64,000 nt of DNA, taken from the NCBI GenBank assembly GCA_037447605.1, contig CM074819.1, forward strand, positions 2,221,580-2,285,579, given 5' to 3'. Each line of letters opens with the position of its first letter. Position 1 is the first letter of the stretch. The notes beneath the pieces are model-generated. The model was not told the origin of the DNA and searched no databases. It saw nothing but the letters and a program-made list of their open reading frames with translations. The translations under genes were made by a program, and so were the position numbers. Positions 34,236 to 46,300 of the stretch are shown piece by piece. The DNA comes from Zygnema circumcarinatum SAG 698-1b (Eukaryota; Plantae; Zygnematophyceae).

Positions 34236-35145
34236 AGCACTAGGCGCTGCAAGAGCGAAAGCTTTCTATCTTGCCACTGTGCGGAAGCCTGTTTTGGAGC
34301 AGAATTGAAGGGAGTCGTCATTGAAAGAGAAGCTCTGTCCTTCTTTTCCAATCGAACGGAGATTGCCTATCGTGTGCAGCTGTGAGGCTTGTCTGTGGGG
34401 AAGTGTGTGCAGACCATGCATATGCGGTACCCTAAAGGCTATGCGGCCACTCAGCTTTGGGTGAGTGTGCATGGGATCGGTGGGCACCAGTCTTGTGGTG
34501 ATTCACTTCCTGAGGGGGGCATCGTAGGTGATTGAATGATAAGTCCAACACTGTGGCCACACGAATGTACATGTCGCGCCTCTCTTGTTCAATCTCGTGA
34601 GGGTATGGAACTGAGTTGTCGTTTTGAGTTACGTCAGCTGGAAATATCCAGCATGGAAACGACAGGCTGTTTAACTGGTATATAGCATAGAGCGCCGTTG
34701 CCCTTAGCGGTACGACACTGTCATGTCACAATACAGTCTTGAAACCGCGATACGATATGTCCAGAGCGGTACGATATATCGCGTGAACCATGTCCGCCGG
34801 AAATATAGCCAAGTCTACCGCGCCCCCGCACTATAGAAGTCCAGAGCCGAGTATCGATATGATACGGAAATATCGCGATACTCGGTTTGACGTGCGCCAA
34901 ACGGGGGCGGTTTCTGCAGCGCGTATCGTATCGTATCGTATTGCGGCGAAAGGCGAATTCCAGTAAATGTGGGTTTGTTGTTGTCGCGCCAGGCCATGGA
35001 TGGATGGATGGATGGATGGATGGTTCGCGCTCTGGCTGTTGGTGTTGTTGTTGGTAAGAAGCTAGAGAGAGCGAGGCGTGGCCGTTCCTTAGCGAAGGAA
35101 GGAAGGTCTGCCAAGTCTGACCTCCCCTATTGTTGTATTATGTAG

Positions 35146-35349
35146 TAGGGGGGGTCAGACATTTACCATGGCCTTACTAAATTCCCGAATTTAGTATACT
35201 AAAAGTCAAAGTTTTGCGTACGAATTCCGGGTCGGGATCCGCGGCTCCACCGTACCCAGCCACACCGAAATGCGTACCTAGCCAATGCTTAGTTCGCCCG
35301 ACAGGCTTACTAAATTGATTTGGCCATGGCGAATGTCTGACCCGCCCTA
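35146..35349. mobile_element. MITE-like element, 204 bp, with 28-bp terminal inverted repeats
   Basis: Left TIR 35146-35173 tagggggggtcagacatttaccatggcc; right TIR 35322-35349 ggccatggcgaatgtctgacccgcccta (25/28 complementary). No coding capacity. Confidence 0.6.
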
Positions 35350-37122
35350 TTGTTGTACTATGTATTGTATTGTATTCAAAGCGCTGCGTTTGATTGTTGA
35401 TGGGCGGTTCGACAACTGGTCGGTCGCCCAACGGAAGAAATGAAGAATTCGAAGAAGAAGAAGAAGACGAAGCCCGTCACTTTGAAATCATCAATCCTGC
35501 TACCTAGAGTGACACCTACCAATAACACTGTCGCGTAGCGGAACTGAAAGGAGAAGAGCGAAACGTGGCATCGTTACGGCGCGCCATGTGGACCTAAAAG
35601 CTACCACGTGTCATAAAGTGGTCCCAGGAGGGCAGGGATGGCGAAAGCTGATTGGCCAATCTCAGGGCTTCTTTAATGACATTTTGTCGTTAGCGAAAGC
35701 GCGCTTGGAGTGTATCTGGACTGTCCGGACCGACAAACATAGTTGATAGCTTTATAGAATACGTAATATGTATATATTTTTTCATATAATTAACGTCGTG
35801 TGCATAGTACGGGTTCTTGAAAAAACTCATTGCCGTCCCTCGTTTTGACAAGGATAAGGGCACCTCGCGAGACATTTGGCGGAGGCCGAGGACGTTAAAC
35901 ATCGTCAGATCAGAAAATTCGACGGCGGGCAGCGGGCAGACGGGCAGCGACCGAAATATTTGCAGCGGGTAGCCAGCGGTGAACGCATCGAAGCCGTCCG
36001 TCAAGCGATGCGGAGCGTCCGTACAGCAATGTTTGGCGCTTGGGAACATTTTGAGCTGCCCGAACTTGGCGGACGAAACGAAACGGCTCAAAAGCTGCGC
36101 ACGTTTTGATAATCTTTCGTTAGCAGGGCAAAGGAGTGTACTTCAACAAAAAGATTCAGAGTGGTCCTTGGAAGGATGGAACTCGAAAGTTTGAGGCGAG
36201 GATATGGATCTCGTTTTTATGCTTCGAAGGCGGAAATGTATGGCGGTGTACGAATCGGAGACAGAAATTGGACTGAAGGAAGGATTGAAGAATTGAAGGA
36301 CTGTATCTTGCTTTTTAGGTTATGCGTTGGTTGACTTTTCTTCTTCTGGGAGGTGTTCAGAGTTGCAGCAATGGCTGAAGGTTTGTTGGTGCAACTTTGA
36401 ATGGAATGCTGCTGATGTTAGATCCTGTGGTCCGTGTTTGACATTTGGTCTAAAAAAAAAAAAAAAATGGAAGTGGAGGCCTTAGAAAGAGAGAGGAGGA
36501 AAGATCTGTTGATAATGAAACAGTATTGGTAGAGGGATTATTTTTTAGGCTGTAAGGTGTAGGCTCTAGAGTTTAGAATGCACGGTGTTGGGTTTCAGGT
36601 CTAGGGTGTTAAGGTTTAGGATCAGGGGTTTAGGTTTTAGGGTTTATGGTTTGGGATTTAGGAGAAAGCTGCATGCATGCAGTGGCTCTCATGGCTTGAG
36701 CACATGATGATGGCCATGGCTCACTCATGTCATCGTCATATTGAGGAGCAAAGCAAACTTATAGGGTTTGAGGGTTGTGTGCATCAAAATGCTCAGGTTG
36801 AAAGTGAACTTTGGAAGAGGACTATTTAGAATGGAAGGTCCTCACAATGTGGGGTCCTAGGACCTGCAAGGCGAGGAACAAAACAACAAAAAATGGCTCC
36901 TTGCCTTGAGGCTCATGAAAGGCCAATCCAGAGCCGTACAAACTCATCTTAGCAAACTAGAATCCGGTTTTTGTCCGTATAGTTTTTTTCGTACAGTACT
37001 TTGTAATTCGTGACGCGTGTGATGGCGTCATACAGTGTATCGCGAACCTGCTTGCACTATCAGCTGGCGTCACCTTACAGTTCTATGTAAAGTCACGCAA
37101 GCCCATGTAGTCGCTGTAATTT

Positions 37123-37422
37123 CCACGTGGTTTTTCACCCCTTTGTTCATGAACCCCAGCACTTGCCCACGCCGGAGGGCTCCCTCCCTTTTGCAGCAGC
37201 AGCCAACTGAGTCCCTATGTGAAGTCGAACACGGTATTTTCCAAATATTTTTGACCACCGTCAAACGAATCCACAAACTGTTACAGCGACATAGAGCACG
37301 TAGTTGTAATCGCCCTCCACGTGGCCCTTGAAACGTGGCACCTCCACCGACCAAATCTGCGACGTGGCGCCTCAAGAATCGCCAACGACATTCTCCCTTG
37401 CTTTGAAATGCCGCCACGTGTC
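37123..37422. promoter_or_regulatory. Cluster of five G-box/ABRE-like motifs
   Basis: CCACGTGG 37123, CCACGTGGC 37317, ACGTGGC 37333, GACGTGGC 37361 and CCACGTGTC 37414, 200-500 bp upstream of the ATG at 37624. Confidence 0.5.
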
Positions 37423-37623
37423 GAACAGTACGGCACTCTCCCTCTCCCTCTCCTCTTCCACTTCCTCTCCCACTCCGACTCCTCCCACTCACTCCCGTTC
37501 TGTTTCCCTCTCCCGCTTCCCACCTCTCTCACATACTCTGATCGCCTCTCTCTCCGCCTCTCTCTCTCCGCCTCTCCCTCTTCACCTCTCTCAGCCTGAA
37601 CCCTAATCCCTTCCACCACAACG

Positions 37624-39000
37624 ATGACTATCTTCAAATCCGCCGACCTTCGCGCCTTCCGCCGACTCCGCGAGTTCACGAGGGAGTGGGACGTTCAGAG
37701 ACCCGAGATAGAGGCAGCCATGGCTACCGCGGCTTCATGGACCTCTGAAGGAACCGCCACCCGGACCGCCATATCGGAAGTTTATAAGAAGTCGTCCGAC
37801 GCCCAAAGAGCGTACCTTCTCGTCCCGACGCCGATCACCTCGCGAGCGCAGGAAAGGACAGTTCAGTCATTGCTGGACCTTCTGGACGAGCACGGAGTGC
37901 CAGGAGGCAGTCTCCTGGCACCCAACGTGTCTAAGTTTGGGCCCTCAGCGTCTCACAGAATTCTCACTGCATATTTCAGTACATTAAAGTTGGCGGCTAT
38001 CTCGGTTGTGAATGATATTGAAGGGGGAGGCTCCTTGAAAACACAAAGCGACCCATCAAGAGCAGGGATTTGTGATTCTAACGGTCGGTCGGAATCAAAT
38101 GAAGGGTCTTCCTATGGTGAGGAAGCAAGAGCTGTCGCAGAGGGGAACTCCGACATCAAGAAGTTGCCAGATGGAAGCTTCATCGTGCCTTCCATGGCGA
38201 TAGACTACGAGAAGCTTCAGTCTTTGGAAGCTACTGGTAGGAATGTAGGAGAGGGAGTTCCAGCGCAGTTCGTCGCCATCCCCCCGGAAGCTCCAGGGCA
38301 GCCATGGAAACTGGCCCGGCAGACAGAGAGTGAGAGAGGCGGAGAAATGGAGGGAAAGCGAGAGGATGAGGGCAATGAGAGTACTCCAAACGCTGGTGGC
38401 GTGGCAGCAACAGCCAGCGCTGAAGTTTCGGAGGGGGGAATGGCGTTAAGCTCTCCTAGATCACCTTCGGCTGTGGAGGGATTAGCCATGGCAGGGGGAG
38501 CGTTGATTGCAGGAGGGCTGGCGGCAGCGGGGGGCGGAGCGCTGATGGCGACCAGCGGAGCTGCCATTGCTGGGGGGCTTGCAGCTGCAACAATCGCCTC
38601 CGGATTTGGAGCAAAGGAGAAAGTTAGCGGAGAACCGGGTGAGGCCATTAGCAGTTCGGATGAGGTCAATAGTGATAGAAATGCGGTTCTAGAAAACGGA
38701 GACGCTTTCGACGAAGCAGGTAAGAGTATGGGAAATTTGAATGGAGGAGAGGAGGGAGTGGAGGGAGAGAAGGCCGTTGGAGGGGTGGATGGCGCGAGTG
38801 CGGGGGAAATTGGACCGGTTGTACAGGATAAGGCGGGCTGCGAGGAGGAGGGGGAAGGAAGAGGGAAGGAGAGAGACGTGGAGAAGATGGGGAAGCCGAC
38901 GGGCTCTCGAGTAGCAGATGAGAAGAATGGAGGAGGGGCAACGACGAGCCGGAGAAGGAGATGGGCATGTTGCACGAGTGTGGGTCGTGATGAGTGGTGA
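37624..39000 (+). CDS. 458-aa intronless protein: one copy of the same unrecognised helical domain, a Gly/Ala/Glu-rich linker and a C-terminal di-Cys motif
   Basis: Open 1377-nt ORF. The N-terminal ~120 aa aligns by eye with both repeats of the 737-aa protein. It ends RRRRWACCTSVGRDEW. Confidence 0.85.
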   Translation: MTIFKSADLRAFRRLREFTREWDVQRPEIEAAMATAASWTSEGTATRTAISEVYKKSSDAQRAYLLVPTPITSRAQERTVQSLLDLLDEHGVPGGSLLAPNVSKFGPSASHRILTAYFSTLKLAAISVVNDIEGGGSLKTQSDPSRAGICDSNGRSESNEGSSYGEEARAVAEGNSDIKKLPDGSFIVPSMAIDYEKLQSLEATGRNVGEGVPAQFVAIPPEAPGQPWKLARQTESERGGEMEGKREDEGNESTPNAGGVAATASAEVSEGGMALSSPRSPSAVEGLAMAGGALIAGGLAAAGGGALMATSGAAIAGGLAAATIASGFGAKEKVSGEPGEAISSSDEVNSDRNAVLENGDAFDEAGKSMGNLNGGEEGVEGEKAVGGVDGASAGEIGPVVQDKAGCEEEGEGRGKERDVEKMGKPTGSRVADEKNGGGATTSRRRRWACCTSVGRDEW

Positions 39001-40236
39001 GGGGATGTTGGGAGTAAGGTCGGAGAGGGAGGGCAAAGGAATGGGTAGGAAGGTGGGATTGGGGGGAAAGTGTGAGAAAGTCAGTGAGAGGGAGGAAGAG
39101 AGAGAAAGGGAGCGAGAGAGAGGGGGAGTGAGAGTGAACATATTCCAATAATTCGCAAGCCGTTCGGCTTGTCCTTTTCCACATACCAAACCCGAGAGAC
39201 ATGCCGAGGAGAGAGAAAAACACAGAGAAAATTTGGGGAGTAGAGACGCTGGTGGTTGGGGTGAGACAGAAGAAGCGTGCAGGATGGATTGAGCGAGGGA
39301 GTCGGAGAGAGAATGCCGTAACGCAGCGGGAGAGACGTTTTCTGAAGGCTCCGGCCTGTATATTACGAGGCATCAGGTGTTGGAAGCTCCTAGTGTGGGA
39401 CGGGTTTGGGTTTATAGGGTTCTTAGGGCTTTTAGTGTACTCATGCATAAGGTTGGATAATACGGAGGCTAAAGAGGTTTGTAAAGATTACCCGCTCTGT
39501 GGTTGAAATGGGAAGGGCATACATGGTGGGAACGGTAAATGTATCATAACTTGAGGAGATTACTCGTGGAGTGAAAAGTTTGTCCAATCATTCCAATGCT
39601 TGACTCACAAGTCCCCGTGCCACTGCTTTGAAGAGTCATACGAGTACATGCGGAAGTTGTTGCCTCATTCTTTGACGACTCTCCCCTCTCTCTACTGACA
39701 TGCCCAAAGCCAACTGCCTACAGGTCGAAGTGCAGAACGATGACTTTCGAATGCCAGCGCAAGTTCAAGTCTTGCCATTACAAGACGTGAAAACTCCAGA
39801 TCTGTTTATCTGCAAAAAATGTTCACATGCATACACACTGCAAGGAGCTGAGCTGCGCATAGCGGATGCGCACGTTTGAGGGTATATCGGCAGAGTAGCA
39901 ACAATCCATGCTTTCATTACCGAAACCAAAGCTACAAAATAAAGAGTTTATTTTCTGAGAAATCTCTACCGATCAAAATAGTCACCAAAAGTTTTTGGCA
40001 GTGCAGGAGCCTAAATCCTTCTCTTTACTTACTGTACAGCAAAAGCTACTTCCTTACCACCAGGAAGCCTCAAACTCTGAATCGAATCTCATGCGTGTTG
40101 GAGACAGAATCGAGAAAAGAAACCACATAAAGTACAGAGTGCTCACAGGTTTGGCCCCACTTCATCGCAACACGGCCTTGTACACTCTGCCAGCCATTCT
40201 TGCAGACATGATAATAGGGCATTCCGGTTTCTAAAC

Positions 40237-41835
40237 TCACGCCACCTCTTTAGGGGCCGCGGTTATGTAGAGCGGACTTCCCTTGGCAGACTTTGAACTC
40301 TCCTCCGCTTTCAGCATTTCGAGGTCGCTCCCATTGGCTAAGCTGTTGAACTCGACGGATTTTGACGGCAAAGCGGGATAGTTCCTTTGGCAGAGAGTCA
40401 TGAGCCGCTTCACCGACTGCAGATACTTTCGAGTCGTCTCGTCATTCATGATGTGCGCCACACTGTTTGTGTGAATCTTCTCCCGAGCGCTACGCTCGTG
40501 AATACCCACCATGGTAACACCGATGGGCCATGGGGCATTCCCAATTGCAAGCTTGATGTATTTGTCCATGGCTGCCAGGTAATTCCTGTCTAAGCAAGCC
40601 TTCACTATGAACAGAAGAGCCTCCTTGATATCGTCATACAATTGCTGCAAGAAACACAAAACATCCAAAGTCATTATTCTGGAAAACTTGTTTCCACCCG
40701 ACGAGCCTCCTGCTGAAAACGTCCAAAAACTGTAAAGTCGAGAAAGCCTATCAATTCGTAAGTATTGGAAGGCCCTAACCCCTCCAAAGGATGCCCCGTT
40801 GAAACTAGACCACGAACCTTAGACCCTGAAGGTCCTGAAACGAACTAAACCTCCAATGCCGGAAACAGCAAGAAAGTCGTGAAAACTGAAGTACCCACAC
40901 GAGGAAAATAAATTATCGGACTCCGGGATAACACTCAAATCGTAAGCCCTTCAAAATCCTAAACACATGCCTTAAATCCAACGCACCTTCCGCCGGCACA
41001 TTTTAAAAAGCGGTTCCAAATATCGAGCGCACTGCCGGTAGGTCGCCAGCACAGCTCTCCCTTGCTGTGTCCTCGTCTCTGCATCTGGCCTCTCGTCCAA
41101 CTCCTTCTCCCATTCCTGCAAGATGCGCTTAAAGAACACCAAAATCTTGTCCTCATCACATAGTTCTTCAAAATCTGCACGCATCCTTTTGCTATCTATG
41201 TCGTTTTCCTCTCTCCCTCTCTTTCCTTCCCCCTCACCATCCCTATTCCCCTCTCCGTCTCCCCCTCCCTCTTGCCCCTCCCTCTCCCCCCCTCCACCCC
41301 TCTCCTTCTCCTTTTGCTTCTCCTTTCTATGCTCTCCTATGCCCCCCTTCAAGTTCCGCATATCTCGCAGAAAATCGTTCTGCTGTCCCTCTGTAATTTC
41401 TCCGTCAGCGTCAACTTCTCCTGTCTTCATGTGCACCTTCAAGCGAGCCAGCCGCGCATCATCGTCCTCCCCAAAGAGCGTCACGGGCTGCTTCAGCAGC
41501 CGCAGCCTGCGCATCACTTCTGCCTTTGGCAGAACGAGCTTGTCGATGATGTCCTCACTGTCGTTAGTCGATGCCTTCGCTGTCGCTGCAGCCTTCAGAA
41601 GCTTTGCAGCGGCTTCCTGGGCAGAAGGCGCCTCTCCCTCTCCCTCCTCTCCTCCGCCTCCCGCAGGCGCCTTCAGGCCAAGACCCTTCTTCTTCTCTCG
41701 CTCCCGTTTCTCCTCCTCCCGGAGATGTTCAAGTGTCCTCTGCTCAAGCTCCCCCCTCCGAATCGACTTTTTCCCTCCGCCAGCTTCTTCCAGCGCCTTC
41801 CGCTTCTTCTCCAGCTCGCGCTTCAAGAAATCCAT
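40237..41835 (-). CDS. PRP18: Pre-mRNA splicing factor Prp18
   Basis: Exons 41835-40987 and 40644-40237 (418 aa). PRP4-like motif [22 protein letters not shown] and Prp18 core [29 protein letters not shown]...[24 protein letters not shown]. Confidence 0.97.
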
Positions 41836-42725
41836 GGCGGCAGACACACTCTATCTTAGTCCGGAGCCGCTCTCTCTCCCACAAACCGGCAATCCTAATG
41901 CTTCCAGCAGCAGCCTGGCCCAAGAGATGAAGAGGTTCCCAACCCTAACGCCCTTTTCCCAGCATGGAACGCGCCATTTCCAGTTACAGTCCCGTTGCAG
42001 CGCACAGCACAGCCGTACAGGGGAAGCCACCTATCATAGTGCGACTTCGTGCGACTAAATGTGAATCGCACGAAGCGAAGGCGACCATTTTCTGACCTCT
42101 TACGTGCCGCCATTTGTCCTGCGACCCCTAAATGCCATTATGCGACAAACTGCGAAGTCGCAGGTAGTCGCCAAGCGTGTGAAGGTACAGTAATGGGATC
42201 ATGCCGCCATGTGATGGCCCATGGGCCCATGGGCCCATGGGGCCATGGGGCCATGGTCATGGTGGGGGATGCTGGATGGGGGGGACGGCCATGGCCATGG
42301 GGTGGGGGGGGAGGATGATGTCGCCAATGCAGCATCAGCGGAGAGGGCGCTCTGACGTCACCGCCGGAGGGCTGTAGGGAAAGCACTCCGCCATGGCGCA
42401 CATGTGAGTCACTGCAGCTTTAGAGTTCAGGGGGAGGGCTGTGGGAGAAACGATGAATGTTCAGAGGTTTTGCTGACTTCCAATGTTCCCTTTCTGCCCA
42501 CTCTTTCATAATTTAAGAGGGTGAAATTGCCATGACACGGACCTGCTTAGAAGCTCATGCTGCAATGTACCATTGGCTGCCTCCACTCGTAAAGTCAAAA
42601 AATAATTGGGAAAAACAAGCATCTTTGAAACTTGGTATCACTGAAAAATTAGAAATAGAAGCGTAACAAAAGATTTTCCTCGAGCCACTGTGAAGCTGAA
42701 ATCCGTCCCTTCACCGCCAAGCCTA

Positions 42726-43050
42726 ACCAAAGACTGTCCGGGACCTTGCTCTTTACTATAATCTTGAAGCTCGCCCACCTTACTTTTTACTTTCTAAATA
42801 AGGATAATTATGATCGGCTTTAAAAAGCACGTTAAAGCGCGAGCGCTGTTTTTTAATAAGACTTTGCTCTAATATCAAGGCTTCTCTGGCGTTATTGATC
42901 ATAATAAAGTTAAAAAAATCTAATTTTCTCTTTTCACAAGGCAAGCGGAGCTTTAGGCTGTCAGTAACTTTGCAAACGCTGTTAAAGAGTTTGGGCCATA
43001 CCAACGTAAACGAGCTTTCCTTTTTCGTCAGAAATAAAAAATTGAGGCTG
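42726..43050 (-). pseudogene. uvrC: Decayed fragment of a bacterial uvrC/cho-type GIY-YIG nuclease gene
   Basis: One frame reads DEKGKLVYVGMAQTL*QRLQSY*; after a frameshift near 42915 another reads DFFNFIMINNAREALILEQSLIKKQRSRFNVLFKADHNYPYL. Both match the UvrC N-terminal consensus. AT-rich, intronless, intergenic. Confidence 0.8.
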
Positions 43051-43386
43051 GGGTTAATTCTCACTAAACCCAACCTCCTCAACCCCAAATGTTAACAGAG
43101 TGGAACGAAAGCTAGAAACTCTGAATCCTTCTCGCCCTAAGGAGCTCTGAAACTTCAACGACCCCCCTGACCTTGCTACGAAACTCTAAAAATTCACTCT
43201 TAACCCACCTACGCTACCCCTGTTGTATCCTTAATCCTAATCCAAATCATAACCTTAATCTTAACCCTCTAAATCTCAACCATAACCCTATTCTTAATTC
43301 TGACATCCTAACGCGAACTTTAACCCTGACCCTCACAATAACTGTTGCCCTTACCTTGAATCTCTGTCAGGCCGACGGAGGCGGAG

Positions 43387-46300
43387 ATGCTGCAGCGGTA
43401 CAGGAGGGACAGGAAGGAGCTGCTGGAGTTTGTCTTGACTTCCAATGCCCTCAAGAAGGTGGTGCTTCCACCCGGAGCTGTATCCATCGACGATGTGGAC
43501 CTGCACGAGGTCAGCGTCGACTATGTGCTGCACTCGTGCCGCAAAGGTGAGCACAATATTAAACCTTTGGTGGCCCAAACATTTAACCAGCAAAATAAGC
43601 ATAAGAACAATGAATCAACCGGACAACTTAAATGGGGTTTATAAGAAGCTTAAGCAATGGTCGAGTTTGGCAAGTCCAATAACTCCAGTACTTCTTGGAC
43701 GCTCTCACTATGCATGACAACAAAGTTACTTTAAGTCAGTCTTCGGAATGGACGCGTTTACCCACTGAAGGCTGGTTGGTGCCTTTTAGCGCCCTGATGT
43801 CCTGCTCTATGAAGCTTGCAAGTTCCTTGCAACTGAACAGTGAGCGGAGTCCACCTAGTTAAGCGAAGTCAAGTCAAGTCAAGTCAAGCACTGAAAAGTC
43901 AGTCAAGAGTATTCATCTGACCTAGTGCGCACCTTGCAGGCATTCCGCTGGACCTCGCGGAAGCCATCAGGCTTCACCACGAAGACATTGCCCTGCCTGC
44001 TGCTGTAATCCATCTCTTCTGCCCCTTACCCTCCCTCGCCCCCTCCCTCGCACTCTTCCATTCGACCTCTCTTTGTAATCGTTGTCTCCTGTTCTCGTCT
44101 GCCTGCTGCCTCCCCTAACTTTCCGTCTCATGTTTGCAAGTTGGTCATTAAGAAGACATATGGAATTTGGGTGTTTGATGGGAGGCTGTGCAGGGGAGCA
44201 ACGGTCTTTCAGATGTGTACTACCTCGTGACCGACCCCTCCCTGTCGGGACCCGCTCCGAACAGGAAGCCCCCCCCTCAGTTGACCCACATTCCCACAGT
44301 GTCATTCAAATCCTTGACGAGTCCCCAAACCCCTCAACCCTATTTCTCAGCGCAGTCTTTTGAGGGTCCAAGGGCCGACCTCGAAACAAGCGTCAGTGAA
44401 GAGGAGGTGGAGGAACCCTCGGAGGAGGAGGAAGCTTCCAGTGAGAAGAAACCCGATGAATCTTCGTTTCTCTTGCCGTCGTTCACATCGGGTATGTGCA
44501 AAACGCTGTGTATTTGTGCAGTCTGATGCTTTCGTCTGTGGGAATTGCTCTGATTTTTGGAAAGCGGATGGAAATTTTTGTGGGTGACAGGTCTTTGTGA
44601 GGACGATTTGAGGGCCTGTGCGTATGAGCTGCTCTTGGCATGTGTGGCGGCTGCCGGGTAGGAGTCTCCCCCTGCTTTCCCTTACATTCTCATTCTCGTG
44701 CTCATTTTGAAGCGATTGCTTCAATTCTTGCTGTTGAAGTTATACGTAAGAGTGGACGTGTTAATGCTTGAACAACAGTGATTCATGGATATTTTGGGGG
44801 GGTTGAGGAAGTAGAGGCCAGCTAGTGCCGACAGTGGAGGAAGAGGAGGAGAAGGAGAAGGAGAGGGAGAGAGATCAGGAGAGGGAGAAAGAAAAGGAGA
44901 AAGAGAAGGAGAAAGCGAAGGAAAAGGAGAAGACGAGGAACACCCTTAGTCTGTTCTCTAAAAAGGAGAGGGAGAGAGTGAAGGAGAGGGAGAGGGAGAA
45001 AGAAAGAGAGAGGGACATGGCGAGAGAGAGGGAGCGCAAGAGCAGGCCTGCTCCGGAGCAGCGACCATTGGGCCTCTCGGGACTCCTTCAAGTTCTGCGT
45101 ATCCAGCTCAATGTGAGTGTACCCTCGTCCTCCCTCTCCGCCACTCTCAACCACAGACTCAAACCTCCCTCGTCTTCCCCACTCCCTCTCCTACTCCTCT
45201 CTCAGGCACTCTGTTTCCCGCATCCCAGACCTCCCTCCGCCTTCCTCTACCTTTGCCTGTCTCGCGCACTCTCATAGTCCACGTCTCTCTCGCATCCACT
45301 TTCTTCATCCTACCATTGATGAAAGCCTCAAAACCAGAACGGAGAGGAACGTCAATTTAAAGAAGATGCTTCTCGCTCACTTTGTCATCGGACGAGGGAG
45401 GAAAGACTCCCACCAACATGAACTCCTTGTCTCGTCTAATTTCCCTGCCATTTCATACTGAAACTGACTGCTATGATGATGCAGGTGCCGGAAGCTCTGA
45501 ACAAGGTGATGTGGGAGGTCCTTTTCCGGGTGAATGCAGAGCAGGGCCATGCTCTGCTTGTCCCCTTGGAGCTGCTTTGCAGCATCTCGCCAACCCACTT
45601 CACTGACAGGAAGACCTACACACGATGGTGCAAGCGGCAAGTATGCAGCCAGGAAAACTTGTAGATATGTAGAATTTCGCCCTGTTGTACATTACCGTCT
45701 CCCTCCCCCGTCCCTTCCTCTCGTTTCCCTCGCTCTCCCTCCCCACTCCTCGTCCTGAGATGCGAACCTGGTGGGGAGAGGCACAGCTGAACCTGCTGCG
45801 GGAGGGGTTGCTCCACCACCCTTTCGTGCCACTCGACGACTCCACCCGCCTTGCAGCAGACCTCGAAGTTTGTATTTCCAACTTCGAATTTGCGGAGGTG
45901 AGCGAGTTCGAATCTTAAACCAGTTAAACCATTAGAAGCTTGGCCCACCCTCTAAGCACATTTCTGAGCCTTTTGCTCGGAGAGGTGCAGAGTGGCGGGC
46001 AGAGGGTGGAGGCATTGCGAGGTCTGCGGGAGGCAGCCATGGCGGTGGCATGTCGGGGAGGAGGAGGAGGAGGAGGAGGGGCCCTCCATTGGGCGGACGG
46101 CTACCATCTGAACGTGTCCCTCTACAGCGAGCTTGCACAGGCCTGCTGCGAGAGAGGCCCTCTGCGGGAGGTTCTGCCCCTCCTCCTTCTCCTGCTTGGA
46201 GGGAGGGCATATGCTGTGTTGGAGGTTTGTATAGGGAATTGCTTGTTTCGCCTTGTGGTGAAGCAGAAGAACTCAGAGGGAGTTGAAAGGGGCCTGTGGA

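Noticed and set aside
35690-36194. Short ORFs that might be transposase remnants
   Set aside because: No DDE, RT or integrase motifs were recognisable, and I could not find matching termini.
38217-39448. Minus-strand ORFs of 252 and 260 aa
   Set aside because: They are antisense to the 458-aa gene and its purine-rich 3' flank, are low complexity, and have no motifs.
41123-42058. Plus-strand ORFs of 311 and 195 aa
   Set aside because: Antisense shadows of PRP18 exon 1.
42726-43050. Organellar group I intron GIY-YIG endonuclease (NUPT/NUMT) as the source of the fragment
   Set aside because: The ALILE..LIKK..RFN....D.NYPY tail is UvrC-like, and no intron or organelle gene sequence flanks it.
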